Shown here: positions 56,678 to 64,000 of the stretch, piece after piece
Position numbering within the stretch: the first letter of the stretch is position 1
Layout of the letters: every line of letters begins with the position of its first letter
The notes under the pieces: model-generated
Databases searched by the model: none
The model's input: only the letters and a program-made list of their open reading frames with translations
Told to the model about the DNA's origin: nothing
Position numbers and translations under genes: made by a program
DNA from: Minisyncoccota bacterium
Lineage (GTDB): Bacteria > Patescibacteriota > Minisyncoccia > Phycocordibacterales > UBA9973
Assembly (NCBI GenBank): GCA_041666225.1
Contig: JBAYHJ010000001.1
Span: 1,881-65,880, forward strand
Reading direction: 5' to 3'
Length of the DNA: 64,000 bases

Positions 56678-57040
56678 ATGAATGTTAAAATTTACAAAGA
56701 AAAATTAGAGGAGGAAAAGAAGTTATTAGTAGAAGAACTCGGAGGGCTTGGTCGTGTAGATAAGACAGGGGACTGGGAAGCTGTTCCAGAAAATGAGACA
56801 GCAAGCCAAGAAGTCCCAGATGAAGGAGATCTAGCAGAGAGAGCTGAAGATTATGAAGAACGTTCCATTAAACTCAATACCCTCGAATCAAGACTAGGGG
56901 ATATCAATAAAGCTTTAGAAAAAATCAATAGTGATAATTATGGAATCTGTGAAAATTGCAAAAAAGAAATCGAAGAAGACCGATTAGAAGTAAATCCTGC
57001 AGCTAAAACATGCAAGGATTGTATGGAAAAAGTGTTATAA
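56678..57040 (+). CDS. DksA/TraR-family C4 zinc-finger protein
   Basis: 120 aa; CENCKKEI...CKDCMEK; terminator 57044-57077. Confidence 0.7.
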   Translation: MNVKIYKEKLEEEKKLLVEELGGLGRVDKTGDWEAVPENETASQEVPDEGDLAERAEDYEERSIKLNTLESRLGDINKALEKINSDNYGICENCKKEIEEDRLEVNPAAKTCKDCMEKVL

Positions 57041-57086
57041 ATTAAAACCCCCAAAACAATTATTTTGGGGGTTTTACATTAAATAT

Positions 57087-58655
57087 ATGTCATTCTCGAG
57101 AATTTATTCAGCACAAACACATTTATTAAAAGGAAAAATTGTAACTATTGAAGTTGATATTACAAAAAAGACTCTTCACTCTTTTACTTTAGTTGGGCTG
57201 CCAGATAAAGCTGTCGACGAATCAAAAGACCGAATGAGTTCTGCTTTAAAAAACTCAGGATACAATTCTCCTAAAAATCAAAATCAAAAAATTGTTATTT
57301 CACTTTCTCCAGCTGATCTTAAAAAAGAGGGGCCATATTTTGATTTAGCAATTGCGCTTTCTTACCTTCTTTCTGCCGAAGAAATAAATTTTAATCCTGA
57401 TGGAAGAATTTTTCTGGGAGAATTGTCATTAAACGGTGAACTACGTCCCATAAAAGGGGCATTGCCATTAACTCAAGAAGCTAAAAAACTTGGTTATAAA
57501 GAAATATTCTTACCAATTGAAAATGCTGAAGAGGCTGCGCTTGTGGATGATATTAAAATATATGGAGCAAAAAATCTAAAAGAAGTAATTGATCATATTT
57601 ATATACCAAAGACAGATAAAAAGGGTAATTTAATAGAAAAAGAAAGACCCAAAATATCTATCTTCCCAAAAACTGAAATCCTACACAAAGAAAGATCTGG
57701 GAATATTGATTTTTCAGATATCAAAGGTCAAGAAGGGGCAAAAAGGGGACTTGAGATAGCAGCTAGTGGTGGACACAATATCGCTATGTCTGGCCCACCT
57801 GGTACAGGGAAAACAATGTTGGCGCGCGTTTTTTCGCACATTCTTCCCGATTTAGAAAAAGATGATTGTTTAGAAATTACAGGAATACACTCAGTTGTTG
57901 GACTACTTGAAGATGCATTAATTACCGAATCCCCCTTTCGTGCTCCGCACCATACCGCAAGTTATGTCTCAATGATTGGAGGTGGAACAAATCCAAAACC
58001 GGGAGAGGTTACACTTGCACACCGTGGAGTTTTATTTCTCGATGAATTTCCAGAATTTGAAAAAAGGGTTTTAGAAGCTCTTCGCCAGCCACTTGAAGAC
58101 AATGTCGTCTCAATTTCTCGCGCCCGTGGTTCAGCGATTTTTCCATCAAATTTTATCCTCGTTGCGGCAATGAATCCTTGTCCTTGTGGAAATAAAGGCA
58201 ACAAACAAAAAGAGTGTATTTGTAAACCAATTGATTTAGATCGGTATAAAAGAAAACTCTCAGGTCCTATAATGGATCGAATTGATATTTGGGTTACAGT
58301 TAGCAATGTAGATTATGAAAAGCTTTCAAATAACACACAGGAAGGTGAAAAAACTTTTACGATAAAAGAAAGGGTCAAAAAAGCTCGTGATATTCAAAAT
58401 AAACGGTTTAAAAATGCGGAGAGAAAAATAAACACAAATAGTGAAATAAATGTAAAAGAATTAAATATTTACGCTCCACTTGATAATGAAACAAAAAAAT
58501 TACTAAACCAAAGTGCTGAGCGCCTACAACTCTCAGCCCGAGCCTACCACCGCACCATCAAACTCGCTCGCACCATCGCCGACCTAGAAGGTAGTGAAAA
58601 TATAACTCAATCTCATATCTTGGAAGCACTCCAATACAGACCAAGAGAAAATTAA
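57087..58655 (+). CDS. comM: ComM/YifB-family Mg-chelatase-like AAA+ ATPase
   Basis: 522 aa; Walker A GPPGTGKT, Walker B VLFLDEFPEF, C-terminal ChlI-like domain. Confidence 0.85.
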   Translation: MSFSRIYSAQTHLLKGKIVTIEVDITKKTLHSFTLVGLPDKAVDESKDRMSSALKNSGYNSPKNQNQKIVISLSPADLKKEGPYFDLAIALSYLLSAEEINFNPDGRIFLGELSLNGELRPIKGALPLTQEAKKLGYKEIFLPIENAEEAALVDDIKIYGAKNLKEVIDHIYIPKTDKKGNLIEKERPKISIFPKTEILHKERSGNIDFSDIKGQEGAKRGLEIAASGGHNIAMSGPPGTGKTMLARVFSHILPDLEKDDCLEITGIHSVVGLLEDALITESPFRAPHHTASYVSMIGGGTNPKPGEVTLAHRGVLFLDEFPEFEKRVLEALRQPLEDNVVSISRARGSAIFPSNFILVAAMNPCPCGNKGNKQKECICKPIDLDRYKRKLSGPIMDRIDIWVTVSNVDYEKLSNNTQEGEKTFTIKERVKKARDIQNKRFKNAERKINTNSEINVKELNIYAPLDNETKKLLNQSAERLQLSARAYHRTIKLARTIADLEGSENITQSHILEALQYRPREN

Positions 58656-58680
58656 TGTTGGAAGTCGGACTTCCAACATT
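58654..58680. repeat. REP2 palindrome immediately after the comM stop codon
   Basis: aatgttggaagtcggacttccaacatt. Confidence 0.8.
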
Positions 58681-58799
58681 TTAAATTTCTTTATCGAGGC
58701 GCTTGGCTTCAGCCCAAGAAAGTTCGTAAATTTTTTTCATCGCATCAGCAATTTCAGCATTATTTTGTAAAGCTAATAAAAGATGTATTATTAATAGAT

Positions 58800-59210
58800 A
58801 TGGAAGAAAAAAGACACAACTCAATGCTCATTCCCTATTATTTTAAAAAAAATAATCTTTATGTTTTCTTACAAAGAAGAAATGATGACGCTCCAAGAAA
58901 CCCAAATATCTTAGGTGGATTCGGTGGAGGATTAGAAGGAGAAGAAAATAATGAGGATGCATTAATACGAGAAATGAATGAAGAATTAGAATATACTCCA
59001 AAAAATTATTCCCTTCTCGGAACTTTTGAAACTGATCATTCAATATCTAATTACTACATCGAAGAAGTCGATGAAAATTTTGAGAACAATGTTATTGTGC
59101 ATGAAGGAAAGAGAGGAGAATGGCATGAGGCAATAAAAGTTGTTGAGAGAGACGATATTAGTCCAAACACGAAAAGAGTTATTAATTCAATAATTTTAAA
59201 ATTTCGTTAA
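58800..59210 (+). CDS. Nudix-family hydrolase (divergent)
   Basis: 136 aa; GGFGGGLEGEENNEDALIREMNEEL approximates the Nudix box; 8-nt gap to the next gene. Confidence 0.55.
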   Translation: MEEKRHNSMLIPYYFKKNNLYVFLQRRNDDAPRNPNILGGFGGGLEGEENNEDALIREMNEELEYTPKNYSLLGTFETDHSISNYYIEEVDENFENNVIVHEGKRGEWHEAIKVVERDDISPNTKRVINSIILKFR

Positions 59211-59218
59211 TAAATTAT

Positions 59219-60904
59219 ATGACAAAAGAAAAATGCAAAACATGTGAGAAAGATTTTGTAATAAGAGATGAAGATCTTGTTTTTTATGAACAAATGAAAA
59301 CAGTCCCTCCAGTTGATTGCCCTGATTGTCGTATGGCAAGAAGGTTAGTTTTTCGCAATGAAAGAACCTTATATAAAAGAACTTGTGATCTTTGTAAAAA
59401 AGATATGGTCGCTTTGTATACTCAAGAATCAAAATTTAAAGTTTACTGTCATGATTGTTGGTGGAGCGATAATTGGAATCCAAAAGATTATGCACAAGAT
59501 TATGATTTCTCAAAAACATTTTTTGAACAGTTTAGAGAATTAATGATGAAAGTTCCACGGATTGGAATGCTGGCATTTAATAATGTTCGAAGTGAATACA
59601 CAAATGGCTCAGCCGAAAACAAAGATTGTTATTTAATTTTTGCAGCTGATTATAATGAGGACTGCTTATATAGCAGATTACTTCAACGTGACAAGGGTTG
59701 TGTAGATTGCGCCTTCCTCCATGAATCAGAGTTGTGTTATGAATGTATCGATACTCGAAAATGTTTTAAATGTATGTATTCGGAACAATGTCAGTCATCA
59801 AGTGATTTATTGTTTTGTTTTAATATGAGAGATTCTCAAAATTGTATTTTTTGTACAAATGGCAGGCATATGTCGAACTATATTCTAAATCAAAAGTGTA
59901 CAAAAGAAGAATATGATAAAAAGAAAAAAGAAATACTTTCAAATTATGAAAGTATTGAAAAAGCTAAAAAAGAATTTATAGAAATAAAAAAGAAGGCTAT
60001 CATGAAATTTACTTCTCAAAGTAAGTGCCACAATGTTACAGGGGACTATATTCACAACTGTTATGATGGAGTTAGGCTTTATGACACTTATGATGCAAAA
60101 AATTGTTCTTATATGAAGGACACCGAGAACCCAACTGACAGCTGGGATTGTAATAATTATTATTACAAATGTCAGTTTGGTTACAATATAATGGGCGCAT
60201 TACAAATTAGTAATTGTAAAAATTGTGCTTTTGTATTTTATTCGAATAATCTGGAATATTGTGAAAATTGTTATCATCTATCAAATGGATTTGGTTGTCT
60301 CGCAATTCGTAAGGGTCAAAATATGATTTTAAATAAAGAATATGAAAAAGAAGAATACCTAAAAATAAGAAAACAAATTGAGGATGAAATGAAAAAAGAT
60401 GGAACTTGGGGTCAATATTTCCCTGCAAGCATCGCTCCTTTCTCATACAACGAAGCGCTCTCACAAGACTTCTTTCCTTTATCAAAAGAAGAAGCAATAA
60501 AAAGAGGTTTTACTTGGCAAGAAAAAACAACTGGAACTTACGGAAAAGAAACCATCGAAAAAGGAGAAATTCCTAATTCTATAGAAAAGGTTACCGAAGC
60601 TATTTTAAAAGAAATTTTAGTTTGTGAAGATTGTAATAAAAATTATCGCCTTGTCCAAGCTGAATTGGAATTTTACAAAAGAATGAATTTACCAATCCCT
60701 CATAAAGATTTTGAGTGTCGTCATCAAGATAGAATGAAAAAAAGAAACACAAAAGAACTTTACCCTCGTTCATGTATGTGTAAAAACGAAAAACATATAA
60801 ATCACAATGGCGTTAATTGTTCAGAAAAACTTGAGACAACTTATGCTCCAGACCGACCAGAAATAATTTATTGTGAAAGTTGTTATCAACAAGAAGTAGC
60901 ATAG
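59219..60904 (+). CDS. cysteine-rich protein with terminal zinc-ribbon modules (paralog B)
   Basis: 561 aa; CKTCEKDF...FYEQMKTVPPVDCPDCRMARRLVFRNERTLYKRTC; same architecture as 40001..41725. Confidence 0.7.
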   Translation: MTKEKCKTCEKDFVIRDEDLVFYEQMKTVPPVDCPDCRMARRLVFRNERTLYKRTCDLCKKDMVALYTQESKFKVYCHDCWWSDNWNPKDYAQDYDFSKTFFEQFRELMMKVPRIGMLAFNNVRSEYTNGSAENKDCYLIFAADYNEDCLYSRLLQRDKGCVDCAFLHESELCYECIDTRKCFKCMYSEQCQSSSDLLFCFNMRDSQNCIFCTNGRHMSNYILNQKCTKEEYDKKKKEILSNYESIEKAKKEFIEIKKKAIMKFTSQSKCHNVTGDYIHNCYDGVRLYDTYDAKNCSYMKDTENPTDSWDCNNYYYKCQFGYNIMGALQISNCKNCAFVFYSNNLEYCENCYHLSNGFGCLAIRKGQNMILNKEYEKEEYLKIRKQIEDEMKKDGTWGQYFPASIAPFSYNEALSQDFFPLSKEEAIKRGFTWQEKTTGTYGKETIEKGEIPNSIEKVTEAILKEILVCEDCNKNYRLVQAELEFYKRMNLPIPHKDFECRHQDRMKKRNTKELYPRSCMCKNEKHINHNGVNCSEKLETTYAPDRPEIIYCESCYQQEVA

Positions 60905-60936
60905 ATAATTAAAAATGAAGAATTAGGAATTGAAAA

Positions 60937-60975
60937 CACGCATCTACGCTATAGCGTAGATGCGTGTTTTTGTTT
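60937..60975. terminator. 28-nt perfect palindrome acgcatctacgctatagcgtagatgcgt + T-run
   Basis: sequence. Confidence 0.7.
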
Positions 60976-61012
60976 ATCTTTTCTTGGCTGAGTATGGGGC
61001 AGTGTCAGGAGT

Positions 61013-61035
61013 GTTGGAAGTCGGACTTCCAACAT
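61013..61035. repeat. REP2 palindrome followed (61047..61080) by a ~30-nt duplicate of the 3' end of the upstream Cys-rich gene (ttattgtgaaagttgttatcaaca)
   Basis: match to 60869..60892. Confidence 0.75.
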
Positions 61036-61163
61036 TTTAGATCTCTTTATTGTGAAAGTTGTTATCAACAGGAGATATATTAGATGGGGATCAAAAAGAG
61101 CGGGTTGGCTTCGCCAACCCGCTCTTTTAATTAGTAATTAGTAATTTTTAATTAGTAATTATT

Positions 61164-62288
61164 CTAAAACGGTGGTCGCATCTTGGAACCATTAGCATTT
61201 TCTATTTCAAAGTGAAGATGTGGGCCAGTAGATAAACCAGTGTTTCCAAGTGATCCGATTTTATCCCCTTGAGCAACAGTTTCACCCATCTTAACATTTA
61301 CCTTACTCAAATGACCGTATCGAGTCATAGTTCCATTTGGATGTTCTATATCAATATAATTTCCATATCCACCACCGCAACCTCTCTTTCCTTCTTTACA
61401 ACCAGTAACAACCTTAGAAACAACACCGGAAGCGGCAGCCACAATTTGAGTTCCGCGAACATTTCCAAAGTCTATCCCCGGATGAAACCCTCTTCGTCTT
61501 GATCCATACGGAGATGTAACAATTCCAACTACTGGTCTTAGATAATAACCAGATGGGGCTTTTGTATTTGATGATTTAGTAGAAACTGGATTCTTTGTAT
61601 TTGAAGAAGGTGTAGGCTTTGCAACAACTGGTTTAATAATACCGTTTGGAACAAAGATTATATCTCCTTGCTTGAGATCTCCGTTTGAAATATCGTTGAA
61701 TATTGATATATCTTCAGATTCAGCTTCATATTTATCTGCAATCTTACTTAAAGTATCACCCTTTTTAACAACATGCTTTACTCCAGTAACAGGCAGAATA
61801 TTGAGCTTTTGGCCAACAGAAATCTTTGGGCTAGTAATATTATTTTCCCAACGAATTGTATTTACTGAAACATTAAAATATTCAGCAATTCCTGACAAAG
61901 TATCACCTTCTTTAACTGTGTAAACATTAATCTGGTCAGAAATTGAGCTTTTTTCAAAAGAAACATCCGGCCCCGGCCCAAAAATACCATCACTGTAGAT
62001 AAATGAGTCATCTTGAACTATCACAATATCTTCTTTATCATTTGTATTTTTAAGATCTGGATTAACCGAAGACTCTAAAAGAGGAATATTTTGGGAGTTA
62101 TGGATAACACTATTATCTATTTGAGGGGCAACTTCATTTGCTGTTACCTCGGTACCCAACACCATTGATGTTAAATCAGAAAAAAAGCTGGCATTTGCCA
62201 ACGTTGGAACTCCAAATATCATAGAAAGGGCTACAAAAAAAGAAGAAACCTTTATAATAGAAGGCTTGTAAGATAAGGCTATTTTCAT
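61164..62288 (-). CDS. M23-family peptidase with two LysM domains
   Basis: 374 aa; LysM (YTVKEGDTLSGIAEYF; VKKGDTLSKIADKY); M23 HPGIDFG...GHL...HLHFEI. Confidence 0.85.
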   Translation of the reverse strand: MKIALSYKPSIIKVSSFFVALSMIFGVPTLANASFFSDLTSMVLGTEVTANEVAPQIDNSVIHNSQNIPLLESSVNPDLKNTNDKEDIVIVQDDSFIYSDGIFGPGPDVSFEKSSISDQINVYTVKEGDTLSGIAEYFNVSVNTIRWENNITSPKISVGQKLNILPVTGVKHVVKKGDTLSKIADKYEAESEDISIFNDISNGDLKQGDIIFVPNGIIKPVVAKPTPSSNTKNPVSTKSSNTKAPSGYYLRPVVGIVTSPYGSRRRGFHPGIDFGNVRGTQIVAAASGVVSKVVTGCKEGKRGCGGGYGNYIDIEHPNGTMTRYGHLSKVNVKMGETVAQGDKIGSLGNTGLSTGPHLHFEIENANGSKMRPPF

Positions 62289-62801
62289 CGGATGATAACC
62301 TTCTTGCGAATAGCTATCTTCAGAATCTTTTATTTGAGGTTGAATAAGCCTAAATAAAGTAATTACACTATTTTACCCCTTGTTGAGGAATACAGTACGA
62401 CCGCATTAAGCGAGGGCTGTAATTATAAGTAAAATTGGCGTAATTGTTACAATCGTCTCAGAAATGTCTTTGTAAATAAAGCTCTTTTTGGATTTTCTGT
62501 AATATAAGACCCATACCAAAGGTCCTATACTTATAGGGTAGCCCAGATCAGTTTTATAGTCAACGAAGTAATCCACAGAGTTATATCACGACACAAATGC
62601 TGTTTTTGGCAAAAAGAACTACTTGACAGATACAACCCAGTATGCTATACTATAGGTAGAGCTTTAAGTTCTTTAATAAATTTCATTTTATTGATTTGGA
62701 AGTAATTCAATTAGTAAAAAGTCCTAAATTATTAAAAATATTTAGTAATTTGAGACTTTTTACTAATCCAAAATAATTATAAACCCAAAAAATCAAACAA
62801 A

Positions 62802-63296
62802 ATGAAAACACTTTATTGGATCATCATTATTTTTGTAGTAGTCGTAGTAGCATCTTTTGTAACGTTTACTGTGGCAAAACCACAAGTGACCAAAACGGCA
62901 CAAAAGGAATTCAACGATTCAATCACAAAAATTAACAAAATTGCCAGGGAAAGAATTGCCAAAGCCGATGCTGATCTCACAAAGGGAGTAGGAGAAGCAA
63001 TGCAAACAGCAAATGACGAAAAGGCAAAAGCAAAATTATTGTCAGATTCCCTTGATAAGGTGAATGCCGCCCTTGCTATCGCAACTGCAACCCCGGCCGC
63101 AAAAGCAAAAGCTGCCGCCGATGCTAAAGCAAAAATAGCTGCAGAAAAAGCCGCCGCAAAAGCCTATGCGAAAAAGATCAAAGGCCACCCGGCATTAGAT
63201 GATGACGAGGAGACATTTACTTGTTTAAAGTCGGATTCGGCTTCATTCTACTATTTAGCTCCAAGTGGGTATGAAATAATAATACTCCCCCAATAG
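62802..63296 (+). CDS. hypothetical N-terminally anchored Ala/Lys-rich protein
   Basis: 164 aa; TM IIIIFVVVVVASFVTFTV; terminator 63305-63345. Confidence 0.5.
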   Translation: MKTLYWIIIIFVVVVVASFVTFTVAKPQVTKTAQKEFNDSITKINKIARERIAKADADLTKGVGEAMQTANDEKAKAKLLSDSLDKVNAALAIATATPAAKAKAAADAKAKIAAEKAAAKAYAKKIKGHPALDDDEETFTCLKSDSASFYYLAPSGYEIIILPQ

Positions 63297-63391
63297 TTAG
63301 TAACAGGTAAAAAAAGAATAAGCCGGACTCATCCATGAGCCCGGCTTAATTATTTTTTATAAGAGAAATTATGTTAAAATAAAAAAGTAAT

Positions 63392-64000
63392 ATGATGAAG
63401 GTAGAAAAACCTATAAATAAAATAGAAGAAAACTCAAATTATGAATTTTTAAAGAATGAAATAGAAAAAGGTATTTCGAGCACTCCAGAAGGTAAAGATA
63501 AAAAAACGCATCTTTTGGAAATTTTAAATATGGATTATGGTATAGATTTGAGTCAAAAAATAATAGAATCCTTACCAAGTGATTATTTTGATAATATAGA
63601 AGAAACAAAAAAAGAAATTCCACCCATGGTAAGTGAAGAAAAAAATGAAACAAGACTAGAAGATACTCTAAAAAATGATTTCAAATTGCCAGCTGATAAA
63701 ATAAATGAGGTCAAAAAAGACCCACGAATAAAAAAAATATTAAAAATTGGAATATTTAGTGCACTAACTGTTGCTTCTATTGTTGGAATATTAAAAACAT
63801 CTGATTTTAAAAAGGGGGAGAAAGAAAATAATTTAGATAAAACAATAAGTTTTGACAAAAGATTTAGTGGGGAAATATATGCAACACTCCCCGAAGAAGG
63901 GAAGGATATTTATAAATACATGGCCGAAGAAAATCCAACTCCTGAAAGGTGGTACCAGGTGTTAGATAAAGACAGTGCAGTAATTTATGTTTTTAATTCA
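63392..64000 (+). CDS. hypothetical protein, partial (open to window end); C-terminal TM segment
   Basis: ATG at 63392, no stop through 64000 (MMKVEKPINKIEENSNYEF...); overlapping minus-strand ORFs 63411..63653 and 63583..63858 judged spurious. Confidence 0.45.
   Translation, partial: MMKVEKPINKIEENSNYEFLKNEIEKGISSTPEGKDKKTHLLEILNMDYGIDLSQKIIESLPSDYFDNIEETKKEIPPMVSEEKNETRLEDTLKNDFKLPADKINEVKKDPRIKKILKIGIFSALTVASIVGILKTSDFKKGEKENNLDKTISFDKRFSGEIYATLPEEGKDIYKYMAEENPTPERWYQVLDKDSAVIYVFNS

Noticed and set aside
63411-63858. Two minus-strand ORFs of 80 and 91 aa
   Set aside because: They are low-complexity AT-rich translations overlapping a longer plus-strand ORF that stays open to the window end.

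Overview
This is a low-GC (~33-35%), gene-dense bacterial window with small, compact genes. By inference it looks like a Candidate Phyla Radiation / Patescibacteria-type chromosome. The evidence is: ribosomal proteins with N- or C-terminal extensions, no rpmC, a short trigger factor, three TrmB-like regulators, large Cys/Thr-rich surface proteins, and little biosynthetic content.

Core content:
- A rearranged S10/spc ribosomal cluster lies on the minus strand: rplE-rplX-rplN-rpsQ-rplP-rpsC-rplV-rpsS, then a ~4 kb accessory insertion, then rplB-rplW-rplD-rplC-rpsJ-tuf.
- Other housekeeping genes are nusA, H+-pyrophosphatase (hppA), tig-clpP, RNase Y, HU, ZupT, a four-tRNA cluster (Pro, Gly x2, Arg), a CCA-adding enzyme, xth, a Xer-type recombinase, rpsO, pnp, a ComM-like ATPase, and an M23/LysM peptidase.

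The main interest is the repeat and mobile-element content, which has not to my knowledge been described for such genomes:
- Two REP-like palindrome families are each paired with a RAYT-type (IS200-like HuH-Y1) transposase gene, and each RAYT carries its cognate palindrome in-frame inside its own coding sequence.
- The 3' ends of rplB, hppA, tRNA-Gly and a Cys-rich gene are duplicated as direct repeats flanking small cassettes, and REP palindromes sit at those junctions.
- Four sigma70-like promoters on the minus strand have an 8-9 nt poly-G tract in the -35/-10 spacer, which makes them candidate phase-variable promoters. They drive the RAYT-1 gene and three acidic hypothetical genes.
- A ~75 bp MITE-like element bounded by the 10-bp inverted repeats AGTTATAAAG/CTTTATAACT occurs three times, only inside the S10 operon, and once exactly where rpmC would be.
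- One cassette carries a HigB/HigA-like toxin-antitoxin pair.
- A ~55% GC foreign gene is flanked by ~125 bp direct repeats, and a ~600 nt ORF-free, structured stretch lies beside it.

No CRISPR array, reverse transcriptase or rRNA was seen.
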